Made by a program: the position numbers and the translations under genes. Under the pieces are notes generated by a model. That model saw only the letters and a list, made by a program, of their open reading frames with translations, was not told the DNA's origin and searched no databases. A stretch of DNA of 57,087 bases from Candidatus Heimdallarchaeota archaeon (GTDB lineage: Archaea > Asgardarchaeota > Heimdallarchaeia > Heimdallarchaeales > JAJRWK01): contig JAMOVR010000065.1 of assembly GCA_027061945.1 (NCBI GenBank), positions 1-57,087 of the forward strand. Direction: 5' to 3'. Of the stretch, positions 9,989 through 18,501 are shown in pieces (position 1 is the first letter of the stretch; every line of letters begins with the position of its first letter).

Positions 9989-11602
9989 CTAAAAATTGAA
10001 CATCAAGATTTTTTCTTCCGGTAGTATTTCTTCCGGTAATTCCTCTTCTTCTTTAGATTTGCTTGTGCTATCTACTATTATATTCTTATCGTCTATAAAA
10101 ATCTCTAGTTTTTCAGGCATATATGCTTCTTTTATAAAGAATGCAACTGCAAATACTACTTCTTTTCCGGGGGAGATTTCTGCAGGGCCATAAACTAATG
10201 TAAACTTACTAGTTTCTTCGGCAATCGCAAGTTCTGAGACATCTGGTGTTAAAACCTCTATGTTCTCAATATCCTCTAAATGGTCTTTTATTAAAATTTT
10301 ATGGGGCTCTTTAGCGTTTGAAGCCACGTAATAATATGACTTTACTTGATCAGTCTTATCTGAAATTATAGAACGATAAATAAGTAATACATTTTTGTTA
10401 TCCTGCCCAGTTCTTATTTCATATTTATCTCTATAAATTATAGGTACTAAGATTAGTTCGTAATCTTTTTCAAGTGTTGCACCAGTAGGAATCTCTTTAT
10501 GATACCAGTGGACCTCATTAAAATTAGCTTGGTATTTTAGTTCACCTAACGGTTCTGTCAAGTCGGGATTAGTGTCCACAATTTTAAACGAACGAGGAAT
10601 GAAATCAACGAGTTCTATATAATTCAAGGTTGAATCAAAGTTATTGACAAATAATGTTCGAGAAATATATCGTTCGCCAACTTCTTGGATATCTAAATAA
10701 GTCCTTAATACTAAAATCTCATTTTCCTTCTGGATCTGTACTACCCTGCGAATTCTGGAGGACACTTCATATTCAATGTCTAATAGCTCTTTAGGCGCAA
10801 GACTGCTTAAAGAAATAATTGCTTTAAGACCTTCTTTTTCAGGGATAAGCTTTTTCTCCACTTCTTTATTAGACTTTATTTCTTTAACTTGTAAATCATA
10901 AGGGATAACGCTTTCAATTTCTATATTTCTCAATTCCTCATTAAAAGAATTAACTAATTTTGTAGTTATTATTCCTCCTTCTTTTCCTAACATATTATTA
11001 TATGGTGATTCAACAGTAAATTCTACGTCTTTTCCAGATGCTGTTTGGGCCTTTACTTTAGACTCGATTTTTTCTATTGGTGTAGGTACATGTTTTTTAA
11101 GCAATGACTTAAAGGCTTTTCTTAGCTTTTCTTCATCAATCATTTCATCTACAGGAATTTTTTCTCCAACAGGAACTATCTCATCGGGAGTTTCAGTAAT
11201 TTGTTTTATAAGGTCATCTTCTATTTCTTCGGCTTTTTCTTCATCTAAAACTTTACCAACAGAAACTTCTCCACTTCTTACCAACTCTAAGAGTTCGTCA
11301 TAAGTTACGGGATGTCCTATTTCTTGAAAATATTCTTCTAACCATCTAGCAATACGTTGTTCAACATTCCAAGCAGCACCTCCACCACGAGTAAAGTTTG
11401 CCCATATCTCTTTTAAAAGCATTACAAATTCTTTTGAGTTTTTAAACTTTGACTCTGATACTTGATGTCTCCTTTCAAAAACCCTAATAACGCCCTTTAT
11501 ATCCGGAGATAGTTCTTCGCTGTCAAATTCTATCTCCACGGAATGAAGAGAACCGAATAATTGCTTCCGTACCTTAGTACCTTTCATTAACCTCAAAATC
11601 AT
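9989..11602 (-). CDS. hypothetical protein (N-terminal helical domain, acidic linker, beta-rich C-terminal repeats)
   Basis: 537-aa uninterrupted ORF in an AT-rich genome. No family recognised. Confidence 0.6.
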   Translation of the reverse strand: MILRLMKGTKVRKQLFGSLHSVEIEFDSEELSPDIKGVIRVFERRHQVSESKFKNSKEFVMLLKEIWANFTRGGGAAWNVEQRIARWLEEYFQEIGHPVTYDELLELVRSGEVSVGKVLDEEKAEEIEDDLIKQITETPDEIVPVGEKIPVDEMIDEEKLRKAFKSLLKKHVPTPIEKIESKVKAQTASGKDVEFTVESPYNNMLGKEGGIITTKLVNSFNEELRNIEIESVIPYDLQVKEIKSNKEVEKKLIPEKEGLKAIISLSSLAPKELLDIEYEVSSRIRRVVQIQKENEILVLRTYLDIQEVGERYISRTLFVNNFDSTLNYIELVDFIPRSFKIVDTNPDLTEPLGELKYQANFNEVHWYHKEIPTGATLEKDYELILVPIIYRDKYEIRTGQDNKNVLLIYRSIISDKTDQVKSYYYVASNAKEPHKILIKDHLEDIENIEVLTPDVSELAIAEETSKFTLVYGPAEISPGKEVVFAVAFFIKEAYMPEKLEIFIDDKNIIVDSTSKSKEEEELPEEILPEEKILMFNF

Positions 11603-11687
11603 TTAATTCATAACACGGTAATATGTGATTTGGTTAAAAGTAATAAAAAGAAATAATATTTAATATAATAATTAAATATACATTTAT

Positions 11688-11882
11688 ACTTTAACTATGC
11701 TTGCATAACGCTTCTCTTTCTATATGTGGGTGATGAAAGCTAGTAATTTTATTTTTTATATTGTTGCGTTGCATTATAACATGTTGAGGGCAGAGCTGGG
11801 ACCGTAAATTCCGCAGTATTTGTGGAGAAAAAACAAAAAACGCCCCTTGTTCATACCCTTGCGAAAAAGAAAAGTAATTCAC
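11688..11882 (+). mobile_element. IS200/IS605-derived miniature element (variant right tail)
   Basis: The left end 'ctttaactatgcttgcataacgcttctctttctatatgtgggtgatgaaagctagt' is a degenerate copy of the family hairpin. 'attgttgcgttgcattataacatgttgagggcagagctgggaccgtaaattccgcagtatttgtggagaa' aligns to 12908-12970. The tail 'acgccccttgttcatacccttgcgaaaaagaaaagtaattcac' recurs reverse-complemented at 15174-15220. Confidence 0.6.
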
Positions 11883-11919
11883 AGAAATCTTGAAAAAACA
11901 AGTAAATAACAAGTTTTTG

Positions 11920-12546
11920 ATGGATCTCCCTTTTTACTTGAAAGGCAAAGGCCCAAACGTAATAACAAGTAATGATATTGAAATATTTGTTAGTCATAAC
12001 CCTGAGTTAATACCTTATCTTAAAAGATACAGAATAGAATTAAAACTACTGGATATTTCCGAATTTGAAAGTCTTGTTTTCTGGATAGTATCTCAACAAA
12101 TTAGTGGTAGAGTCGCAAACATCATTATACGTAGATTAAAAACAAGATTCCCGGATTTTACTCCTAGAAAAATACTTGAAACTTCTAACGAAGTTTTTTC
12201 CGAAATAGGTCTTTCCAAACAGAAAATTAATTATGTGAAAAACGTTGCAACATATTTTCTTAAAAATAAAGATCTTAACTTGAAAAAATTAAGCGATAAA
12301 GAATTAGTACAAGAACTAACCAAAATAAAAGGGATAGGTGAATGGACCGTTCAGATGCATATGATCTTTTCAGAAGGAAGAAAAAATGTTTTAGCAGTAA
12401 AAGATTTAGGTGTACGTAAAGGAATAAAAATTCTTTATAATTTAGATCATGTTCCTTCAGAAAAAGAAGCAAAAAAGATCTGTATAAAATGGCCGCCTAA
12501 AGCTACATTAGGTACTTTACTTAGTTGGGCCGTAATTGGAGAATAA
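11920..12546 (+). CDS. HhH-GPD DNA glycosylase (AlkA/3-methyladenine glycosylase II-like)
   Basis: Contains WIVSQQISGRVA, the HhH motif LTKIKGIGEWTVQMHMIF, and the putative catalytic Asp in LAVKDLGVRKG. I take the ATG at 11920 as the start; an in-frame TTG at 11890 (the track start) is the alternative. Confidence 0.8.
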   Translation: MDLPFYLKGKGPNVITSNDIEIFVSHNPELIPYLKRYRIELKLLDISEFESLVFWIVSQQISGRVANIIIRRLKTRFPDFTPRKILETSNEVFSEIGLSKQKINYVKNVATYFLKNKDLNLKKLSDKELVQELTKIKGIGEWTVQMHMIFSEGRKNVLAVKDLGVRKGIKILYNLDHVPSEKEAKKICIKWPPKATLGTLLSWAVIGE

Positions 12547-12565
12547 AGTTTTTTGTAAAAAACTG

Positions 12566-12839
12566 GTTTAACTTTATCGGCATGAAGTCCCCTTCCGCAA
12601 GGTGGGGGATGAGAGCCGATACGAACGCTCTTTTATAGTTGTTCCTTACTATTGATAACTTTGAAATATGACTTAAACAGGGGTTCACATTCACTATATT
12701 ACCACCTAATATTTGTTGTAAAATACAGAAAAAAGGAAGGTCATTACCTCACCCAGACCATTTCTTACAGGGAAGTGGTTTTGGGGCAAGTCTTCTTGAT
12801 GAAGAAGGAAGCCCCTTGCCAAAGAAAGGGGTGGTTCAC
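12566..12839 (+). mobile_element. Internally deleted IS200/IS605 element: left-end hairpin, 5' stub of tnpA, omega-RNA-like right end
   Basis: The left end 'gtttaactttatcggcatgaagtccccttccgcaaggtgggggatgagagccgatac' forms a nested hairpin (atcggc/gccgat). The right block 'catttcttacagggaagtggttttggggcaagtcttcttgatgaagaaggaagccccttgccaaagaaaggggtggttcac' aligns to 51831-51925(rc) and 56511-56600. Confidence 0.7.
12652..12738 (+). pseudogene. tnpA: tnpA (IS200-type Y1/HUH transposase) N-terminal stub
   Basis: Reads (L)ITLKYDLNRGSHSLYYHLIFVVKYRKK, the typical start of IS200 TnpA (..H..y.l.yH.vf..KYR). The frame then runs directly into the right-end block, so about 100 codons are missing. Confidence 0.65.
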
Positions 12840-12889
12840 GAATCTCTACAATAAAATTTCCCTTCTGAAAGAGAAAGGTGAAGTAAGCC

Positions 12890-13091
12890 AACAACCATAT
12901 ATTTTATATTACCGCGTTGCATCAGAACATATTGAAAGCGGGGCTGGCACCCCGTAGCACCTGTGGAGAGAAAAACCATAAATAACTAAAAAACTACTTC
13001 AGATCACCTTACAAGAAATGAAGTGATTCTGGATAATGCATTCTTGATGAAGCAGGAAACTCCTTGTAAAAGCGAAGGAGGGGTTGTTCGC
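12890..13091 (+). mobile_element. Second, tandem IS200/IS605 right-end fragment (tnpB 3' remnant plus right end)
   Basis: '..YYRVASEHIESGAGTP*' is a degenerate tnpB C-terminus. It is followed by 'ggggctggcaccccgtagcacctgtggagag' and 'ttcttgatgaagcaggaaactccttgtaaaagcgaaggaggggttgttcgc', which aligns to the family right end. Confidence 0.6.
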
Positions 13092-14740
13092 TGGATGTTC
13101 AAGATGAAGTTGTCAGAGTTACAGGGGTAATCTATACTTTAGATAAAGAAAACCCTCGGACACATGAACTTTATTTTAAAGACGGTCATATTACGAAACC
13201 ACCATCTAATAAGAGTGAGAGATCAGATTTCAAAGGAAAAGAGCTAATTGTAAGAGATGGTATTGTTTTACCAGGGTTTATTGATAGCCATGTTCATATC
13301 CTATCGCTTGGGAAATACTTAGAGTCAATTGACCTTAAAGGTGTTTCATCTATAAACGAGCTAAAAAAAAGGCTAAAAGACAAAGTATCAATTACTCCAC
13401 CTGGGGAATGGATTTTTGGTGAGGGATGGGATCATGAAAAATTTGAAGAAAAAAGATATCCCACGCGTTTTGATATAGATGAGATTGCTCCTAATAATCC
13501 TGTCCTTCTATATCGCGCTTGTAGACATATATACCTCTTAAATACTTATGCTCTCAAATTATTGGGGATTAATCGCGAAACATCAAATCCTGAGGGGGGA
13601 GTCATAGACCGAGATAAAAACGGAGAGATCACAGGGATACTAAGAGAAAAAGCATATGACGTCCTTGTCCGACCCAAACTTCCGAAAAGTAGTTTAGCTA
13701 AAAAGAAAAAATGGTTATTGTCAGCTCTTAAATATGCCGCTAGTAAAGGACTAACTCTTGTACAGACAAATGATAAGGATGCGTTTAGTGCATATAAAGA
13801 ATTAGAAAATGAAAATAATTTGCCAATTAGAGTGATGTTAACCATTCATTATGAAGAATTAGATTATTTTTCACAAAAAAGCATGAAAACTGGAGATGGT
13901 AGTACTATCTTTTGGCTTGGCAGGGTTAAGCTTTTTGCAGATGGATCTTTAGGGGGGGAAACTGCTGCATTAAAAGAACCCTACGTTGGAACAAGAAATA
14001 AAGGTATACTAACAGAAACGCCGGCAGAATTAAAGCAGCATATAACTAACATAATCAAAAATGGTTGGGAAGCAGAAATACACGCGATAGGAGATCGTGC
14101 AATAGAAGTGGCTATCTCTGCTATTGAAAAAGCAAAAAAAGAATTAGAATCTGATTATCAAACTAAAAAATATAGTCACGTAATAACTCATTGCCAAGTA
14201 ACCCCTCCTGAAACAGTAACAAAAATGAAAAACTCTGGTATTATTGCGAATATACAACCCATATTTATTAATACTGACATGCATTGGGCTGAAAAAAGGC
14301 TCGGTGAAAAAAGAATAAAATACTCGTATGCATGGAAGAACCTTTTAGATGCTGGAATACCATGTGCTGGTGGTTCGGATTCACCGATTGAACCTATTGA
14401 TCCGTTATTTGGAATATACTCCGCCGTAACAAGAAAAGACCTAAACGGGTTTCCAGAAAGAGGATGGCACCCCGAACAAAAACTAAGTATTGAAGAAGCA
14501 ATCTCCTTATTTACTTTAGGTGGGGCCAATATAGCTCATCTAAAGAATAAAATCGGTGTTTTAAAAGAAGGTGGTTTTGCAGACTTTATAATTCTTAATC
14601 GTGATATTTTTGAAATCGAGCCGGAAAAAATAAAGGACTTGGAAGTTGTTGCTACGATTGTTAACGGAAAAATAGTTTATTTATCTGAAGATTATTCCAA
14701 ATATGTTACTATTTTTGACCGGCCAAATGGTTTACCTTAG
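13091..14740 (+). CDS. metal-dependent amidohydrolase (amidohydrolase-3/YtcJ-like); no canonical start codon
   Basis: The frame is open from 13070 to the stop at 14738-14740. Motifs are VLPGFIDSHVHIL (HxH), LFADGSLGGETA, EIHAIGDRA, ITHCQ and GGSDSP. The track starts at TTG 13562, but 156 upstream in-frame codons already encode the family N-terminus (VTGVIYTLDKENP..YFKDGHI..). No ATG, GTG or TTG exists between 13070 and 13561. Confidence 0.75.
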   Translation: MDVQDEVVRVTGVIYTLDKENPRTHELYFKDGHITKPPSNKSERSDFKGKELIVRDGIVLPGFIDSHVHILSLGKYLESIDLKGVSSINELKKRLKDKVSITPPGEWIFGEGWDHEKFEEKRYPTRFDIDEIAPNNPVLLYRACRHIYLLNTYALKLLGINRETSNPEGGVIDRDKNGEITGILREKAYDVLVRPKLPKSSLAKKKKWLLSALKYAASKGLTLVQTNDKDAFSAYKELENENNLPIRVMLTIHYEELDYFSQKSMKTGDGSTIFWLGRVKLFADGSLGGETAALKEPYVGTRNKGILTETPAELKQHITNIIKNGWEAEIHAIGDRAIEVAISAIEKAKKELESDYQTKKYSHVITHCQVTPPETVTKMKNSGIIANIQPIFINTDMHWAEKRLGEKRIKYSYAWKNLLDAGIPCAGGSDSPIEPIDPLFGIYSAVTRKDLNGFPERGWHPEQKLSIEEAISLFTLGGANIAHLKNKIGVLKEGGFADFIILNRDIFEIEPEKIKDLEVVATIVNGKIVYLSEDYSKYVTIFDRPNGLP

Positions 14741-14880
14741 TTTGTAATCATCAAATATTCATGTTTTCATTAATTAATAATCATTTTATACAGAACGAAT
14801 TCCTCTTTGTTTTAACATAAAGATTTCAGTTATAATGAAGAGTCTGTTTCGGTTATTAAGCAATAAAAAACAAAAGTTAC

Positions 14881-15165
14881 ATGATGGAAACACATTTAGA
14901 TTCTAACTCTGAAATTGTTCGTCTTATTCATTCATTGGAACAATCTTTAGAAAGAATTGGTCGCGATTTGGAAGAACCAAGAGAAATTATGAATGGTAAT
15001 ATTGGCGTAAGAATTGATTCTAAAGGCCTCTCATATATTATTATCTTAGAAAACACTGGAATAAAAAGTGTAGTGCCAAAAAACAAACTAAGTAGGACAC
15101 AAAGATTGTCTTTATTATCTATCGCAGGCAAACAATTATTGAAAGAAATTTTGTCTCCTTCCTAA
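14881..15165 (+). CDS. hypothetical small protein
   Basis: 94-aa ORF with normal composition in an otherwise empty gap. No family recognised. Confidence 0.4.
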   Translation: MMETHLDSNSEIVRLIHSLEQSLERIGRDLEEPREIMNGNIGVRIDSKGLSYIIILENTGIKSVVPKNKLSRTQRLSLLSIAGKQLLKEILSPS

Positions 15166-15173
15166 ATCTCCCT

Positions 15174-15220
15174 ATGAATTACTTTTCTTTTTCGCAAGAG
15201 CATGAACAAGGGGCGTTTTT
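15174..15220 (-). repeat. IS200/IS605 right-end tail fragment (same variant as 11836-11882)
   Basis: The reverse complement 'aaaaacgccccttgttcatgctcttgcgaaaaagaaaagtaattcat' matches 11836-11882 apart from a few substitutions. It overlaps the stop codon of the ABC ATPase gene. Confidence 0.55.
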
Positions 15221-16319
15221 ATCTTATTCTTCTTTCTTCTAAAAAGCAAAGAACCTTTTCAGGATTAACTTGAACAAATGCTTCTACGTCTACACCCATG
15301 CGAGAAGTCTCTTCGATATGTTTTCTTTCTGCTATGATCAGTCTTTCTTCAGTTGGAAGTTCTAAATTAACTCTTACATGATCTCCCATAAAACTATTTG
15401 TACGTATTATTCCTTTTAGGATGTTTTCTTCGTTGTCTGCGCGTTTTTTGTTTGGTATTACATTAACATCTTGTGGGCGTATAAGTATTTTCAATTCAGC
15501 CCCTGGTTCTAGCTGTTCCTCAAAATATGCGGTTATTAATCCCGCATCACCAATTCTTATTTTTGCTTTATTTCCTTCCTGTTCTTCTAACACTCCTTTC
15601 AATGTTGAGGATTCTCCAATAAATTCCCCAACAAATAAGTTATCTGGATCGTGAAATACTTCAAGAGGTGGACCAACTTGTTGCAGTTCTCCATCTCTCA
15701 ATATTGCAATGCGATCGGAAATTGCAAGTGCTTCTGACTGGTCATGAGTAACATAGATTACAGTAATCCCTAGTCTTTTTGAGATTTCACGGATCTCTGT
15801 CCTTAATTCTACTCTTAGTTTTGCATCCAAATTGCTTAAAGGTTCGTCACATAATAATACGTCAGGATCTACAGCTAATGCTCGGGCAAGAGCAATTCTT
15901 TGTTGTTGTCCACCACTTATTTGTGTGGGCATTTTACCGATTTGGGACTCCATTTTAACTAGTTTTAGCATTTCAACTGCTTTTTTCCGACGAACTTCTT
16001 TTGGGACTCCCTTGAGCTTTAGGCCATACTCTACATTTTGTTCTATGGTCATATGTGGCCATAAGGCATAGTTCTGGAAGATCATGGCTGTCCCGCGGTG
16101 TTGTGGGGGTAAATGAGTAATTTCTTTTCCTTCTAAAAAGATGTGTCCTGAAACAGGTGTAACAAATCCTGCGATGGAACGTAGTAACGTTGTTTTACCG
16201 CAGCCGGAGGGTCCTAGTATTGTTACCAATTCTCCAGGCTTCACATGCAAAGAAACACCTTCTACTGCGGTAAAGTCATCATACTTTATAGTAATGTTTT
16301 CAATACGTACGCCTTCCAT
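15219..16319 (-). CDS. ABC importer ATP-binding protein (PotA/FbpC/MalK-like, with C-terminal regulatory domain)
   Basis: 366 aa. Walker A GPSGCGKTT, Q-loop FQNYALWPH, signature ISGGQQQR, Walker B VLLCDEPLSNLD, H-loop VTHDQ. Confidence 0.92.
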   Translation of the reverse strand: MEGVRIENITIKYDDFTAVEGVSLHVKPGELVTILGPSGCGKTTLLRSIAGFVTPVSGHIFLEGKEITHLPPQHRGTAMIFQNYALWPHMTIEQNVEYGLKLKGVPKEVRRKKAVEMLKLVKMESQIGKMPTQISGGQQQRIALARALAVDPDVLLCDEPLSNLDAKLRVELRTEIREISKRLGITVIYVTHDQSEALAISDRIAILRDGELQQVGPPLEVFHDPDNLFVGEFIGESSTLKGVLEEQEGNKAKIRIGDAGLITAYFEEQLEPGAELKILIRPQDVNVIPNKKRADNEENILKGIIRTNSFMGDHVRVNLELPTEERLIIAERKHIEETSRMGVDVEAFVQVNPEKVLCFLEERRIR

Positions 16320-16354
16320 TCTTCTCTACTCCATTCCTTATACATTAGTGTTTT

Positions 16355-18304
16355 TTAGATTCCGGTAATCGCCTCAGCACGGTTCTTTAGCAAGAAGTTC
16401 GTAGCAAACAAGCTTATTGCCTGGATTATCATTAAGAAAACACCGATAGCACAGAGACGACCGATCTCTCCAGTGTTATGCGCCATGTCCCAAGTAAGAG
16501 TTCCCTTGTTTCTGTCAAGAACAAGGATCAAAGTAGTACTGACTTCTCCCATTGAATATACTAATGAGATTAATGCACCACCAATTATGTTAAACGAGAT
16601 CAGTGGAGTGACAATCTCAAGTAATGAACGGTACCTACTTGCTCCGAGGTTCATGGCAGCTTCTTCCAATACTTCATCTGTTTGCTGGAGACCTGCATAT
16701 ACTGCTCTTACCGTGAATGGAAATCTTCTAACGGTATAACTTATCATCAAGATGAGAACAGGGTTTAATGGGTTTAAAGTAAGCCAGTCTATCCCAAATA
16801 GGCTTCCTGAATTACTAAACATTTTCCAGTAGCCCATCCCTAAAACAATCCCTGGGATTGCTATAGGAATTGTTAATAAAGCATCAAACCATGACTGCCC
16901 TGGGAATTTCTTTCTATTTGCAACATATCCTGCTATAGTTGCTAAAATGATTGTGATGAATGTAGCCCCAAAACTATACATTAAAGTATTTTTTAGTGGT
17001 ATCCAAAGTCCTTCTGCCCCAGTATTAAAGAAATTCTTATAGTTGTCAAATGTTAATTGTGGATTTTGGGCATTTGGAACTAAAGATCGGTAAATAATAC
17101 CAAATTGAATTAATGTTGCTATCAAGAATACTGCCATCAGGAAAGCAATTATTCCGATACTTGCAAGCACTCCTACTTTTCTTTCTCTAGTGTTTCCAGC
17201 TCGGCCTTTACTAATCATTGAATATTGACGTAATGCGACATATTTCCTTATGAAAAAGAACCCTACAATCGCGAATAATAGCAGTACAGCTCCTAAAAAT
17301 GTTGCTTGTGGATTTATCCTTGCATCGGCTTCACCAGCTATGATTGTGTTATAAATTTCGTAAGTTATTACTTTTGTTGCAGCGTTGTCTCCTGTTGCTC
17401 CATAAAGCACAATTGGTGTGCCTAAGTCTTCCATTGCCAGGATCAAGACTAATATACTACCAGAAGCTATACCTGGCATTGCTAAAGGAAAAGTAACTGT
17501 TCTGAAAAGCCGGAAACCACTTGCACCTAAGTTCTCGGCTTGTTCTTCTAACGAAGGATCAATGTTAAGCAAAGAGGAATAAACATTCAAATAAATTAAG
17601 GTGAAAAAGTGAAGAGTCTGCACAAAAACGATTCCAGCTATTCCTTGAAAAATGATAACAAGACCAAGATATTTGGAAAAAACATATTGATTAAGAAGTC
17701 CTTGTGGTCCAATCATGACAGAAAAACCGATACCTCCTACAAAGGGAGGCACTATTAATGGAAGCAACATTAATCCTTGAAAAATCACTTTTCCGGGAAA
17801 TTTATACCTAGCCATTATAAACGCAATACTTGTTCCTATTATTAGTGAAAATAATGTTGTCAGTATTCCTACAATGATTGTGTTTAAGATAATTCCATAG
17901 TCCTTGAATTTGATATATACATAAGTAACTGTTTGTCCGGTCAATGGATATTTTTGTTGGCTTTCTATACGAATCATATAATCTAACGGCGCTCCACCTG
18001 GTTGGATGAAACGACGACTACTTAGCACGTTTTTCATAGTCTCGAGAGTAAAACTACCATTAATATCGAATGTTGGGAATATGTATATCCAACGGACATG
18101 GACTGCAAAGTTCTCTGTAGTAAACGCAGTAATAATGATAATTATTAATGGTACTACTAAGAAGTACACAAAAAACGCAGTTATTGATAAAATGAAAAAC
18201 CAGCTTAATGGGTCTTTTTTGAGTTCTCTAAATATTTTATTGAAGAAATCTGAAATCGAAGATTTAGTGGTGTTAAGTATTGGAACAGCCGCCATTAAAT
18301 ACAC
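16355..18304 (-). CDS. ABC importer permease, duplicated (two-module) transmembrane protein (FbpB/ThiP-like)
   Basis: 649 aa with about 12 TM helices and two EAA-like loops (EEQAENLGASGFRLFRTVTFP and EEAAMNLGASRYRSLLEIVTP). Confidence 0.9.
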   Translation of the reverse strand: MYLMAAVPILNTTKSSISDFFNKIFRELKKDPLSWFFILSITAFFVYFLVVPLIIIIITAFTTENFAVHVRWIYIFPTFDINGSFTLETMKNVLSSRRFIQPGGAPLDYMIRIESQQKYPLTGQTVTYVYIKFKDYGIILNTIIVGILTTLFSLIIGTSIAFIMARYKFPGKVIFQGLMLLPLIVPPFVGGIGFSVMIGPQGLLNQYVFSKYLGLVIIFQGIAGIVFVQTLHFFTLIYLNVYSSLLNIDPSLEEQAENLGASGFRLFRTVTFPLAMPGIASGSILVLILAMEDLGTPIVLYGATGDNAATKVITYEIYNTIIAGEADARINPQATFLGAVLLLFAIVGFFFIRKYVALRQYSMISKGRAGNTRERKVGVLASIGIIAFLMAVFLIATLIQFGIIYRSLVPNAQNPQLTFDNYKNFFNTGAEGLWIPLKNTLMYSFGATFITIILATIAGYVANRKKFPGQSWFDALLTIPIAIPGIVLGMGYWKMFSNSGSLFGIDWLTLNPLNPVLILMISYTVRRFPFTVRAVYAGLQQTDEVLEEAAMNLGASRYRSLLEIVTPLISFNIIGGALISLVYSMGEVSTTLILVLDRNKGTLTWDMAHNTGEIGRLCAIGVFLMIIQAISLFATNFLLKNRAEAITGI

Positions 18305-18501
18305 CCTTCTTAGGGTAAATCAAATATTGCCTTGATAAGTATTACTTTGGTGGTTCTTTATTAAGGCTATCACTGTAAAAATATTTTATCTATTTATATG
18401 TTTCATGTTTTTACCGTTTCTATCTTTTAAAATCCGGAAAAACAAGGAGTTGAAAGAAAAAAAGGAGGGAAAAAATGATTAATTTAAATTGTTATTTTCT
18501 C

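Noticed and set aside
12652-12957. Track ORFs that read through IS200/IS605 ends as if they were proteins: 11691..11912, 12652..12957, 12706..12894, 30650..31006, 30752..30979, 51774..51998, 51968..52156, 56113..56301 and 56391..56618.
   Set aside because: They coincide with repeated non-coding element blocks, or are fragments of tnpA/tnpB interrupted by stops and frameshifts. I treat them as element sequence or pseudogene pieces, not as intact genes.
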